Below, in pieces: positions 30,117-40,900 of a stretch of 64,000 bases of DNA. Numbering within the stretch: position 1 is the first letter of the stretch; the number at the start of each line of letters is the position of its first letter. Below the pieces are notes generated by a model. It had not been told where the DNA came from and did no database searches. It saw only the letters and a program-made list of their open reading frames with translations. Source of the stretch: an uncultured Alphaproteobacteria bacterium (GTDB lineage: Bacteria; Pseudomonadota; Alphaproteobacteria; Rs-D84); assembly GCA_949878575.1 (NCBI GenBank), contig CATLAX010000001.1, positions 320,220 through 384,219 on the forward strand, written 5' to 3'. A program made the translations under genes and the position numbers.

Positions 30117-30248
30117 AACCAAAGACGCGTGCTGCGCTTTAGAGGTTTATAATCGTTGATATGTTCAATGTTTTTATCTGTTCTTTTTCTGCTTTACTCG
30201 TGACTGTAAAAATCGTATAATATGGACGATAATATAAAGGAAATGGGG

Positions 30249-31787
30249 ATGAAAAATAAATCTGTTGCATCAACATGGATTATTGCGCGGATGTTTGCGG
30301 CGGTCTCGGTTGTGGCACTGGGCGCGTGTTCGGGGACTGCCCGCAACGATAATTATTCATCGGCTGCGACGCCGACGGTGGATTATGTGGAATCCCTGGA
30401 TGTTTATTCGGCCCCGCACAAGGATTCTTTTTTGAATCAGCTGGCGATGAATTATCGTTCTTATGCGATTTACAACGCCCGGACCAGTGGTTATACCGAT
30501 ATGGGGGAATTGTTCGCTCAGAAGGCGGTGGCGGCTTTTTCCGGTGAACTGCCGTTCCCGGAAAGTCTGGCAAACTGGCCTGTGGCGGACGAGCAGACCG
30601 CTTTTGAGCTAAATACCGCATACAATGATTTGATGAACGAATTGAAAAACGACGCCAGTGAAAACAACCCGGAACTGGCGGCAGAGGCGCAGGCTAAATT
30701 TGACTGCTGGCTGTCGGCAGAGGCGTCAGGCCAGACCGCCACGGCCCGTGAATGCCGCACCAGGTTTAACAAGACCTTGACTGCGTTGCGCGATTGTCGC
30801 GGGGGCAAGATTGTAAATCCGCGCAAGACGGTTACACAGACGGAAACAATTGCCGTTGAAACATCCACGCGTCGTGCGGATGCCCAGACTTATTATCCGG
30901 ATACACGTGATATGGCGGCAATGCGCGGGGCGGGGCGCGCCCGCGAAGGCGTGATTATTGTAAACAACGTCAATGTGCCGGAACATTTGATTAATCCAGT
31001 GCCGGTACAGCCCATGGTGTTCAATCAGAACATATACGGCGGCGACAAATCTATGAGCAACAGTTTGAACAACAACGAAATTTCCGAGTTTTCGGAATGT
31101 GTTGACGGTGCGCCGTGTGCAACGGGTGCCGTTGTGCCGCAATCAGGCGGTGCGTCATCTGCCATGGTGGGCGGCGGTGATGAAATTCCGATGATTGGCG
31201 ATGAAATGGTTAGTCGTGAAGAGTTTATAAACATGATGATGGCGATGCGTGCGGAACTGCAGGCGATTAATGCACGCCTGGACAAGATTCAGGCCGCCCA
31301 GAACGACAAGACCATGATAAAGGTTCAGCAGATTCCGTTGGAACCGTCGCAGCACATAATGGAAGAGGTTTTTGAGATTCATTTTGACTTTAACAAGGCC
31401 ACAATCAAGCCGGAATATCAGGAATTGATCAGAAAACTGGCCGGGGCGACACAGGCAAATAAAAATATAAAGGTGTCTGTTGTCGGCCATACTGATACGG
31501 CAGGTTCAAAGGATTACAATTATTCTTTGGGCGGACGTCGTGCCGAGGCCGTGCAAAACATGCTGATAAAATACGGTATCCCGGCCAGCCAGATAGTCGC
31601 CGTTTCCGCCGGCGAAGAAGATTTGAAGGTTCCGACACCGGATGGTGTGCCGAATGCACAAAATCGCCGTGTTCGTGTCGTCAAAGAGGTTTATACCACT
31701 GATGACGCGCCGGCGGCTGCGCCTGTCGCAATAGAGGTGCAAGAAGTGTCCGCCGGTGATTGCGGTGAATATGGATGTGGCCAGTAA
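30249..31787 (+). CDS. OmpA-family lipoprotein
   Basis: Lipobox LGAC and a C-terminal OmpA domain (VVGHTDTAGSKDYNYSLGGRRAEAV). Confidence 0.75.
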   Translation: MKNKSVASTWIIARMFAAVSVVALGACSGTARNDNYSSAATPTVDYVESLDVYSAPHKDSFLNQLAMNYRSYAIYNARTSGYTDMGELFAQKAVAAFSGELPFPESLANWPVADEQTAFELNTAYNDLMNELKNDASENNPELAAEAQAKFDCWLSAEASGQTATARECRTRFNKTLTALRDCRGGKIVNPRKTVTQTETIAVETSTRRADAQTYYPDTRDMAAMRGAGRAREGVIIVNNVNVPEHLINPVPVQPMVFNQNIYGGDKSMSNSLNNNEISEFSECVDGAPCATGAVVPQSGGASSAMVGGGDEIPMIGDEMVSREEFINMMMAMRAELQAINARLDKIQAAQNDKTMIKVQQIPLEPSQHIMEEVFEIHFDFNKATIKPEYQELIRKLAGATQANKNIKVSVVGHTDTAGSKDYNYSLGGRRAEAVQNMLIKYGIPASQIVAVSAGEEDLKVPTPDGVPNAQNRRVRVVKEVYTTDDAPAAAPVAIEVQEVSAGDCGEYGCGQ

Positions 31788-32053
31788 ACTTAATAATACT
31801 TGACAAAAAGATATTATTAGTATAACGTGGCTGTGTCAGAGAGATGTTTTTGAAAGAGGCATTGAAAATGACTGATAAGGTAAATGAATTTAACAAGGCC
31901 GGGATGGCGATGCAGCGTGCGGTGGGATATCGTCGCGGAATGGCACAGGTTGTAAACCTGGCAGAGGCGTTCGGACGTCGCGGAATTACGTTTGGTGGAA
32001 TGGATAATCTGCCCGGACAGATTGAAAAATAATATCTCTGGAACAACAAACTG

Positions 32054-32095
32054 TCACAAGGGGCCTTTTACGGGGCCCCTTGTGCGTTTTTTGCA
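32054..32095 (+). terminator. Intrinsic terminator
   Basis: caaggggccttttacggggccccttgtgcgttttttg. Confidence 0.6.
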
Positions 32096-32398
32096 TTTTA
32101 TTATATCCCGCCGATTCCGATTGGGGCTGTTATTCCGGGGGCAGTCGTCTGCAGCGCAAAAGGCTGTTTGGATTGGATAAAATGCTGGAATCGTTAAATA
32201 AATCTTGTCTGTTGTTGCGTGGTTATCTGCTGTATTTTTGTGTGTTGTAAATGATATTGTTGCGGGCTGATGTTGCATAAATTTTATCTTATGCATTAGA
32301 TGGAGCGGGGGTAAAATGAACTGGTGCCATAATAAAACAAACCGCCGAAAAGGGCGGTTCGTATAATATCCGGGCAATATTGAATGCCGTATTGTTTT

Positions 32399-32863
32399 TT
32401 AAAACGGTATATCGTCGCCGATTTCCGCAACAGAAATTTCTTCGCGCGGGGTTGCGGGGGCCGCCGGTGCCTGGCCGTAATCGCCGCCCGGCATGCCGCC
32501 GTCCAGTGCTTTTACCCCGCCCAGTATCACCATCTGACCCATGAACGGATTTAATACAACTTCCGTGGTGTATACGTCCATTCCCTGCTGATTCTGCCAT
32601 TTGCGTGTTTTTAATGCGCCTTCCAGGTACAGTTTTGTTCCTTTTTGCAACATGCGTTCCGCAACATCAATCAGATTTGGGTTGAATATGACAATGCGGT
32701 GCCATTCTGTTTGTTCTTTTTGTTCGCCTGTCTGGCGGTCGCGCCAGCGTTCGGATGTTGCCAAAGAAAAGCTGACAACCTTTTGTCCGCTTTGCATTGT
32801 GCGCACCTGCGGGTCTTGACCCACGTTGCCAACAAGTATTACTTTATTTATGCTGCCTGCCAT
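32399..32863 (-). CDS. ssb: Single-stranded DNA-binding protein
   Basis: MAGSINKVILVGNVGQDPQVR... OB fold with a C-terminal DDIPF tail. Confidence 0.9.
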   Translation of the reverse strand: MAGSINKVILVGNVGQDPQVRTMQSGQKVVSFSLATSERWRDRQTGEQKEQTEWHRIVIFNPNLIDVAERMLQKGTKLYLEGALKTRKWQNQQGMDVYTTEVVLNPFMGQMVILGGVKALDGGMPGGDYGQAPAAPATPREEISVAEIGDDIPF

Positions 32864-33039
32864 ATCGCTTCCTTTTGTTATTCCTATTGGTAAATAAGAG
32901 CAGGAAAAGCTAATAAAAGCAAGGGAAAAACACAGTGTTTGACCGCGTGACTTGACTTTTTGTACTGTTTTATATATAATATTAAACTAAGGAGAGTATG
33001 GTTCCATTACTCTATATATTTCCCGATAAAGGATTTTAC

Positions 33040-34308
33040 ATGCATATAAATGAGTTAAAGGCTAAATCGCCCAAACAACTTTTGAAAATGGCCGAGGATA
33101 TGGGAATTGAAAATCCGGCACAGTTAAATGTTCAGCAGTTGCGCTTTGCGGTTATGCGCGCATATGCCGCCGATAACAAGGTTACCTTAATCGGCGACGG
33201 CGTTTTGGAACGCATGCAGGATGGTTTCGGTTTCCTGCGCGCGCCGGAAAGCAATTATCTGGCCGGGCCGGATGATTTGTATGTTTCGCCCGCACTGATA
33301 AAAAAATACGGTCTAAAAACCGGTGATTATGTAGAAGGCCAGATTCAGGCCCCGCAAAACGAATCGGAACGCTATTTCGCACTGGAAACGATAGAACGGG
33401 TAAACGGCGGCGACCCGGAAAAACTGCGTCATCGCGTGTCGTTTGACGACATGACGCCGCTGTACCCCGACGAACAGCTAAAGATGGAGATAGAGGGCGA
33501 CAAGGACAAGGGGCGCAGTCTGTCCGCGCGTGTGATAGATTTGATTTCGCCCACCGGCAAGGGCCAGCGCAGTTTGATTGTTGCACCGCCGCGTACCGGT
33601 AAAACCGTAATGCTGCAAAACATTGCCCATTCCATTGCGACGAATTATCCGGATGTTAAGTTAATTGTCTTATTGATCGACGAACGACCGGAAGAGGTTA
33701 CGGACATGCAGCGCAGCGTCAAAGGCGAGGTTATTTCCAGTACTTTTGACGAACCGGCCGCCCGTCACATACAGGTTGCGGAAATGGTGATAGAAAAGGC
33801 CAAACGTTTGGTGGAAGCCGGCCAGGATGTTGTCATTCTGTTGGATTCCATAACGCGTCTGGGGCGTGCGTATAATACATGCGTACCGTCCAGCGGCAAG
33901 GTTTTGACGGGCGGTGTTGACGCATACGCCCTGCAGCGGCCAAAAAGATTTTTCGGCGCGGCCCGCAACATAGAAGGCGGCGGCAGCCTGACCATTATTG
34001 CGACGGCGCTGGTTGATACCGGATCCAAAATGGATGAGGTTATTTTTGAAGAGTTCAAGGGTACAGGTAACAGTGAAATCATCCTTGACCGCAAACTGTC
34101 AGATAAGCGCGTATACCCGGCGATTGATATTACAAAATCCGGCACACGCAAGGAAGATTTGCTGGTGGGAAAGGAAATGCTGTCCAAAATGTACGTGTTG
34201 CGCCGTATTATAAATCCGATGGGTACGTTGGAGGCGATGGAGTTTTTGCTGGACAAGCTGCGTCTGACCAAAACAAACGCGGATTTCTTTGGATCCATGA
34301 ATCAATAA
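33040..34308 (+). CDS. rho: Transcription termination factor Rho
   Basis: [25 protein letters not shown]..., Walker A PPRTGKT, and a long 5' leader upstream. Confidence 0.92.
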   Translation: MHINELKAKSPKQLLKMAEDMGIENPAQLNVQQLRFAVMRAYAADNKVTLIGDGVLERMQDGFGFLRAPESNYLAGPDDLYVSPALIKKYGLKTGDYVEGQIQAPQNESERYFALETIERVNGGDPEKLRHRVSFDDMTPLYPDEQLKMEIEGDKDKGRSLSARVIDLISPTGKGQRSLIVAPPRTGKTVMLQNIAHSIATNYPDVKLIVLLIDERPEEVTDMQRSVKGEVISSTFDEPAARHIQVAEMVIEKAKRLVEAGQDVVILLDSITRLGRAYNTCVPSSGKVLTGGVDAYALQRPKRFFGAARNIEGGGSLTIIATALVDTGSKMDEVIFEEFKGTGNSEIILDRKLSDKRVYPAIDITKSGTRKEDLLVGKEMLSKMYVLRRIINPMGTLEAMEFLLDKLRLTKTNADFFGSMNQ

Positions 34309-34338
34309 AAACAAAGCGCCCCGTCCGGGGCGCTTTGT
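34308..34338 (+). terminator. Intrinsic terminator after rho
   Basis: aaaaacaaagcgccccgtccggggcgctttgtttt. Confidence 0.7.
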
Positions 34339-34592
34339 TTTGGGAAGCGATGATGAACAAATTGTATTTTTTCGTATTGATTTGCGCGGCCGGTGCCGCG
34401 CTTTATTGTTTGGGCCGCGGCGTCGGCGGGGCGCTGTGTCGGGAAAAATCGGCCGCGTACAATGCAAACGCCGCACTTGTATTGCAGACAAAAATTATTG
34501 AAAAACAAAGGAAGATAGATGTTGAGGTTGTTAATACCGGGGGTGATGATATTCGTCGCATCCTGCGCGAGAAATACACAATTACAGAATAA
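34335..34592 (+). CDS. Small membrane-anchored hypothetical protein
   Basis: 85-aa ORF with an N-terminal hydrophobic helix. Confidence 0.3.
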   Translation: MFWEAMMNKLYFFVLICAAGAALYCLGRGVGGALCREKSAAYNANAALVLQTKIIEKQRKIDVEVVNTGGDDIRRILREKYTITE

Positions 34593-34732
34593 TATATGCA
34601 TGCCGGCAACGTGCCGGCCCATATACGGCAGGGCGGCGGACTGGGATGTAATCAGTGATGATTTGGCGCGCAATATTTACAGGCATAATAAAATGTGTGA
34701 AGAATGGAAATGATATTGACAAATAGTGCTAG

Positions 34733-35680
34733 TTGTCTATAATAAGACTCATGGATTTACAGAATGATACTTTTTCTTCGGCTAAAAAATTGCCAAAGCA
34801 TGCGTCGTTGACGCATCTGTTGCGTCATAAATGGATGGCCAGTCCTGACTCGTGGCGTTATATTTTGTCAAAATGTAATGTTGACCATCACTTGGGGGCT
34901 TTGCCGCCGGAATTGCGTGCGCGCGTGCCAAAAGAGAAACTGTCAGAGGTTACGTATGAATTCCGCGTGCGTTTGGATCGGTTTTTGATAGAAAAAGCCC
35001 CGGAAATACGCAACCGCTCCAACCGATCAAGATACAATGTTGCAGAAATAGGTGATTTGTTTGGCACATCCTGCATAATAAAGACTGGAGCGGTTAATGT
35101 ATACGGATGGCGCAAATGGGAGGGCCGCTATGGCGTTGTGTGCAAGATGCAGTTTCCGCAAATACAGGCCGAATATGCGTTAAAGATTTTTTTGCCGCTG
35201 CCAAAAGAAGAAAGCCAAGAACATGTTGGCCATGGTGCTTCTTATGAGATACCTACGGCGTTTGCTGCTTCTTATGCAGAACAAGCGGACAACGTGCATG
35301 TTTATATGGCGTCCTTGTGTGCGGAGAATTATATCCTGGCCGCCTGGGAAGGCGATATTGCAGACGGTAAAATCCGTAACAATAAGAACAAGATTTTTGT
35401 TTCAGACATTTTGGAAACAGAAGCGCGTAACTATCGCGCCGGCCGCCGGATTGATTTTGGCGCCACTTTTCTTACACCTTACGGTCGGCTGCCGTATGAC
35501 GTGCGCAAATTGTACCGTTGTATGATAAATGCCGCCCGCAAATTTGATGTGGACACTTTTGCCAAAGTTGTCGCCGGTGTCCCGCACCAAAAAATTCAGG
35601 CCGTGATAGATACGGCAAATGTCAATGACCGCATGTTTATACGTGATATGATGGCGCGGCTGGGCATGCAGCAGCGTTAG
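34733..35680 (+). CDS. Hypothetical protein (possible kinase-like fold)
   Basis: 315 aa. VYGWRKWEGRYGVVCK resembles a G-loop/beta3-Lys arrangement. This is weak. Confidence 0.35.
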   Translation: MSIIRLMDLQNDTFSSAKKLPKHASLTHLLRHKWMASPDSWRYILSKCNVDHHLGALPPELRARVPKEKLSEVTYEFRVRLDRFLIEKAPEIRNRSNRSRYNVAEIGDLFGTSCIIKTGAVNVYGWRKWEGRYGVVCKMQFPQIQAEYALKIFLPLPKEESQEHVGHGASYEIPTAFAASYAEQADNVHVYMASLCAENYILAAWEGDIADGKIRNNKNKIFVSDILETEARNYRAGRRIDFGATFLTPYGRLPYDVRKLYRCMINAARKFDVDTFAKVVAGVPHQKIQAVIDTANVNDRMFIRDMMARLGMQQR

Positions 35681-36513
35681 CTGTTTGCCACAATCCCGAC
35701 AAGCTCGCGAACCGCATCCGCCGTAGCCTGGTCGCCGGCCGGGGCGTATTCCACGAATTCAAAACTGTGTGCATCGGCAAATTCACGTGCAAGACGCCGT
35801 GCGGCATACATGCTGATGCCGTTTGGTTCCGGCACCAGAACATCTTTGAAATACTGCGGGTCTATTGCGTCAAAATCAAAAGAAACCACAAACGGGCGTC
35901 CGTCCAGGCGTCTGCGTATTTCCGTAATGGCATCGTCCAGGTCGCCGTCGGTCTGCAGTGCGTCCGCCCCGCGCATGAAAATTCCGTTTTCACGCACAAA
36001 ACTTATTTCTGCCGGCTCGTAAGAGCGGCTGGCCAGATAAAACAGATTTTCCGGACGCAGTGCCGGGAACTTTGACTGCAGTGACAGCCAGCGCGCGTCA
36101 CCTTCGCCCAGGTTGGCGCGGACATTTGTTCCGTGCGGTGCCCCCGATGCCTCCGCCTTTGAACTTTCCGGCGTATGAATATCCAAATGCGCGTCAATGT
36201 ATACCAGGCACAGATCCTCGTCCGGCATTGTATCGGCAACGGCCGCAAAATGGCCAAAGTTTACAGAATGGTCGCCGCCAATAAGAATATGGCGCCCGGC
36301 CGGTGTCGCGGCATATATTTTTTTATGAACTTCAAATGCGTCGCCAAAACGGTCGGCCATGCATACATCCGCCGGAACCGGATCCGCCGTAATCATTGTC
36401 CAGTTCGCCTTTGGAAACATTTCGCGCACGGCCCCCGGCCCCAGGGCGGGCCCGCCTTCCACTATCTTTGCGGTTGCACCGCGTCCGTATTCCACACCTA
36501 TAAAGTTAGTCAC
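35677..36513 (-). CDS. Arginase/agmatinase/formiminoglutamase-family ureohydrolase
   Basis: GGDHSVNFG, DAHLDIHTPESS and SFDFDAIDP metal-binding motifs. Confidence 0.75.
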   Translation of the reverse strand: MTNFIGVEYGRGATAKIVEGGPALGPGAVREMFPKANWTMITADPVPADVCMADRFGDAFEVHKKIYAATPAGRHILIGGDHSVNFGHFAAVADTMPDEDLCLVYIDAHLDIHTPESSKAEASGAPHGTNVRANLGEGDARWLSLQSKFPALRPENLFYLASRSYEPAEISFVRENGIFMRGADALQTDGDLDDAITEIRRRLDGRPFVVSFDFDAIDPQYFKDVLVPEPNGISMYAARRLAREFADAHSFEFVEYAPAGDQATADAVRELVGIVANS

Positions 36514-37510
36514 TGTATGCCTCCACTATGCTTTCGGCGGCGTTTTTTATTTTTGCCAGGCCGGATTCGTATGATGCGCAATCGCGTGCTATTTCAGAAC
36601 GATATGCATCGCGCATGTTTGTCGCCATATAGGCACAGCCGCGTAAATGTTGTACGCAGTAATCATGCCCTGTGGCGAATGTCTGCTGGCCGCGCACACG
36701 GCTTTCCGTGCCGGCCCAGTTGATGTTTAGTGCATTTTCCAAATTTACCCATGAATTGTCACCGGTGTATTTCCCGATTGTATTCATCCAATATTGATTC
36801 ATTTCTTCATCAGACCACGTGTTTGTGCTTTGCAGGCGCAGTATTTTTTGAATCAGCCCATCTATTGCCGGTTGATATTCGGCATCAATCCGGGCCAGCT
36901 TTGCACTGCAGTAACACCTGTTATAGGTGGTGTTTTCCCGGCGGCAATATCCGTTCATACATTCCGTGTAATCCGCCAGACAGCGTGCTGCCGGCAGGCT
37001 TTCCGTTGTGTCCGCTGCGGCCGCGGCGGCGGCCCCCAACGCCGTTTGCGATGTCTGGGATGCATCACCGCGGGCACTGCGTGCGGCCATATTTCCGCGC
37101 ACCGCCGCACGTGGTACCACGCGGCGCGTGCCGGATGATGTCGCCGCCCCGCCATTTTGTGTCGTGCGCAGTCCTGCGCGCGCGGCGGTATTGCCCGCGG
37201 CTACACCGGTTCCGGCGGCGTTTGCACTGCGTGCGGCGTTGCGCGACACAACCCGCCGCGGCGCCGACAACTGTTCCGTGCGCGTAATTACGTTTATCGG
37301 ATTTGAACCCTGGTTTGGCGTAACACCGGGGTTTAAATCAGTGCGCATTTGATTGTTTAGATATGGATACATATAGTTGTAATTGTATGCCGCGTTTGGC
37401 GATGCGGTCGCACTGCGTGCACCGGTGTTGCGCGTGGTCACCGCCGATGCCGGCATGGCCGCGGTTATAAATATGAATACAAAAGCAAAAAGGCATCGCA
37501 CTGACATCAT
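36506..37510 (-). CDS. Secreted Cys-rich hypothetical protein
   Basis: Signal peptide MMSVRCLFAFVFIFITAAMPASA. The supplied 440-aa ORF (36506..37828) is trimmed to this Met because the longer version runs through tRNA-Pro. Confidence 0.45.
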   Translation of the reverse strand: MMSVRCLFAFVFIFITAAMPASAVTTRNTGARSATASPNAAYNYNYMYPYLNNQMRTDLNPGVTPNQGSNPINVITRTEQLSAPRRVVSRNAARSANAAGTGVAAGNTAARAGLRTTQNGGAATSSGTRRVVPRAAVRGNMAARSARGDASQTSQTALGAAAAAAADTTESLPAARCLADYTECMNGYCRRENTTYNRCYCSAKLARIDAEYQPAIDGLIQKILRLQSTNTWSDEEMNQYWMNTIGKYTGDNSWVNLENALNINWAGTESRVRGQQTFATGHDYCVQHLRGCAYMATNMRDAYRSEIARDCASYESGLAKIKNAAESIVEAYSD

Positions 37511-37596
37511 GATGCATTTTAGAAATTTTACGAAAACGAAACAAGCATAAAAATTTGCAATTTTGAAAAAGATTGATATACTTTTGCATTGTATAT

Positions 37597-37673
37597 CGGG
37601 GCGTAGCTCAGTCTGGTAGAGTGCTTGCTTTGGGAGCAAGATGTCGCATGTTCGAATCATGTCGCCCCGACCA
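37597..37673 (+). tRNA. tRNA-Pro (anticodon TGG)
   Basis: Cloverleaf: acceptor CGGGGCG/CGCCCCG, anticodon stem CTTGC/GCAAG, loop TTTGGGA, T-arm GTTCGAATC, 3' CCA encoded. Confidence 0.9.
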
Positions 37674-37686
37674 AGTGGTTTAATAA

Positions 37687-37713
37687 AACGGGTGTCATCG
37701 GCGCCCGTTTTAT
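37687..37713 (+). terminator. Intrinsic terminator after tRNA-Pro
   Basis: aacgggtgtcatcggcgcccgttttatt. Confidence 0.6.
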
Positions 37714-37773
37714 TACATTTCTTATATGATTGAATAAAAAAACGCTGGCCTGTGGTGAAAATGATAATGATAT

Positions 37774-37883
37774 AAAAAAAGCCCGACAAGCGGGCCGATA
37801 GAGGATGTTGTTGCCAACAGAGCCCCACAGAGTATTTCTTTATTGTAGATTGCTTTCCAATTCAGTCCGTAATTTAGAAATAC
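37774..37883 (-). ncRNA. Predicted tracrRNA of the type II-C system
   Basis: The minus strand reads 5'-...CUGAAUUGGAAAGCAAUCUACAAU AAAG AAAUACUCUGUGGGGCUCUGUUGGCAACAACAUCCUCUAUC GGCCCGCUUGUCGGGC UUUUUUU. The 22-nt anti-repeat pairs with 19 contiguous bp (plus wobble) to the crRNA repeat 5' end GUUGUAGAUUGCUUUCCAAAUUGG. A Neisseria-like ACAAUAAAG junction is present, and a terminal GC hairpin plus U7 forms the terminator. Confidence 0.65.
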
Positions 37884-37890
37884 ATTGCGC

Positions 37891-37918
37891 ATTGTAGTTA
37901 TAGGAATTAGAATGTCAA
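37891..37918 (-). promoter_or_regulatory. Sigma70-like promoter for the tracrRNA (TTGACA-N16-TACAAT)
   Basis: On the minus strand, TTGACA lies at 37918..37913 and TACAAT at 37896..37891. The predicted TSS is about 37883. It is divergent from cas9. Confidence 0.6.
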
Positions 37919-37934
37919 GAAAAAGACAATAAAC

Positions 37935-40900
37935 ATGCGGATATTTGGTTTTGATTTGGGAATTGCAAGCATCGGCTGGGCGGTTGTTGACATAGAAAAA
38001 GAAAACAATAACCCAGAGGTGGAACGTGCCACTGTTGGTAAAATACAGCAGTCTGGGGTGCGTATTTTTAGTGTCGCAGAAAACCCAAAGGACGGTTCTT
38101 CATTGGCGGCACCGCGCCGCGAGAAGCGGCGGGTCCGTCGTGCGTTGCGCAGGAAGGCGCTGCGAATGAAAGAAATTCGCGCATTGTTGGAAAATAGCGG
38201 CCTGGGCAACCAAAATATCGTTGTTAATTCTGATGATATTGATGTCTGGGCTTTGCGTGCCGAAGATGCCTTTTGCCGCAAGTTGTCGCCACGTGAACTG
38301 TCGCGTGTACTGGTTCATATGGCCAAACATCGTGGGTATAAGTCAATGCGTAAGTCCGCAGAGGAAAACGATAAAGAAACCGGAAAGGTCCTTGTTTCAA
38401 TCGCGCGAAATCGCGAACGTATGGGCGAGTATAAAACAATGGCCCAAATGATTTATAAGAGCGGCTGCAATGATGCAAAAAAATATCGCAATGGTGATGG
38501 CGTATATGATAATTCAATCCCGCGGGAAGAAATAGAGAGGGAACTGGATTTAATTTTTGACGCTCAGCAAAAATATGGGTTGTTTACGCCAGAATTACTG
38601 GAACAATACAAAAAAATCGCATTTCGTGTGCGGCCGATGCAGTCTGTTGGTAAAATGGTTGGCGGGTGTACGTTAGAGCCGAATTGTTTGCGCGCACCGA
38701 AAGAGGCGCCCACGGCAGAATTATTTGTGGCGCTGACCCGTATAAACAACATGAAAATTGTTATTGATGGTGAAGTTCGCTCTGTAAATGATGAAGAACG
38801 GACGGCCATCCTGGATTTGTTGCGCAAGACGCAAACGGTTAAATATAAAACATTGCATAACAAAATATGGAAGGGGCAAGACGTCGTTTTTCGCGGTGTA
38901 AAAGAAGAAACTCAAGATTTTTATTCCATGGCCGGATGGCATAAATTAAAGAAAATCTTGAATGATGCCGATATGGCGGATATGCGAATGCTTGACCGGA
39001 TTATGAAGGTTGTTGCAACCCAGAAAGATGAAGCGGCAATAGCAAAAGAATTACGACGCAAGAAAGTCCCAGAAAAATATATTGCAAAATTAAAGGAATT
39101 GTCTACGTCCAAATTCATAAATCTGTCTTTGCAGGCCTTGTATAAAATTGTCCCGGAAATGATGCGCGGGCTGACGTATGACAAGGCTTGTGCGGCGGTC
39201 GGCTATGATTTTAAAACCAAAGTATCCGGGGATGTAAAGGTGGATAATGGCTGCATTGCAGAGATTTCAGAATGGACGCGTGTCCCGGTTGTTAATCGTA
39301 CTGTAGCACAGTTTCGCAAGGTGTACAATGCGCTGGTCCGGAAATATGGCGCCCCGGATCAGGTGAATTTAGAGGTTGGACGCGAATTAAAGAATAACTT
39401 TGATGATCGTAAAAAAATAGAACGTCAACAGAATGAAAATCGCGATAAAAATGATAAAGCGCGCGCAGAATATGAGGGGCTGGTCGGGCGCAAGGCAACG
39501 GCCAAAGAAGTCTTAAAATATAAACTGTATCAGGACCAAAACTGCCAATGCATGTATTCTGGCGAGGCGATTGATTTAGCGCATCTGGATGATTATGAGA
39601 TTGATCATATCTTGCCGTATTCGCGGTCGTTGGATAATTCTTATACCAACAAGGTTTTGGTTAAATACACAGAAAATCAGGCAAAAGGCAACAAGACGCC
39701 ATATGAATATCTTGGCAATACCGCACGCTGGGACGCGTTTGTCGGGCGTGTGTCCGCAATCAAGACTGCCTTGGGGGGACGTAAGATTGCAAATCTATTG
39801 AACAAAGATTTTGAAGCAAAAGAAGAGGATTTTCGCGAACGCAATGCAAATGATAACGCGTATGCATCCCGCCATATCCGCCAGATTTTAAGCATCGCTT
39901 TCCCGGAATTGCGTGTTGATGTTCGCGCCGGGGCATTGACACATTATTTGCGCGGGCAATGGGGGCTGGAAAAATCGCGTACGGAATCAGACAGGCACCA
40001 TGCCCAGGATGCGATTGTTGTCGCCTGTGCAACACAGGGGATGGTGCAGTATTTGTCAACAATATCTGGGTTGTTTGAAAATAAACGTAACGAGAAGGAT
40101 AAACCGTGGTGGAATAGGTTAAAACAAAACATTCAAGAACCGTGGGATGGATTTCGTGCCGATGTTTTGCGGTCGTTGGATGAAGTGTTTGTTTCGCGCA
40201 CGGTGCGTGGCAAGGCAACGGGCTCGGCGCATAAGGATACCATCAATTCACCAAAAACTAATAAAGGCAGCATGATTTTGCCGCGTGGACGCGCCGATAA
40301 AGACAATATGTTCCGCATGGATATCTTTAAAAAAGACGGAAAATATGTGGTTGTGCCAATATTTGTGGCAGACACGGTTGACAAAAAACGCCAAGATATA
40401 TTTTACCCACAACCCGCCAAGGCGCATAATCCGGTCGCAGTTGATGATACTTATGAATTTGTTATGACATTGCACAAGGATGATTATATCAAGATCACGA
40501 CAGCAGATGACAAAATATATGAGGGGTATATTGTTCAATGCAATATGCCTGTTGGACAGTTTGTTATAAGAAGTACTGATAATTCCGCGGTATTTTCTGT
40601 CAAAACAGATACCTTTGAACCAGACAATTTTATTGTCATAGATGGTAATTTGTGTAAAGTTAAGGATTATGAATGCGGTAAATTGCGTGCAGTGCGCATG
40701 AATGGTGTTGTTGAGGAAATTGATGCCATGAAGAAGCACATGCGTAGTGGCGAGGTCGCGAAAAAGCAAATACAGACAGTAGATAAATATGAAAAGCGTG
40801 ATGCGCAAAAAACGATAAATGTTGGTACTTTTAAAAACTTGCAAAAATTTCATATTGATGTTTTGGGCGATAGGTCAGAGGTTAAATCTGAACATCGTGC

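Noticed and set aside
31844-32032. 62-aa ORF after the OmpA-family gene
   Set aside because: It is short with no motif. The terminator that follows could equally belong to the upstream gene. It was not called as a gene.
36506-37828. 440-aa ORF on the minus strand
   Set aside because: The long version runs straight through tRNA-Pro (37597..37673) and its downstream terminator. A clean signal peptide begins at the internal Met at 37510, so the gene was trimmed to 36506..37510.
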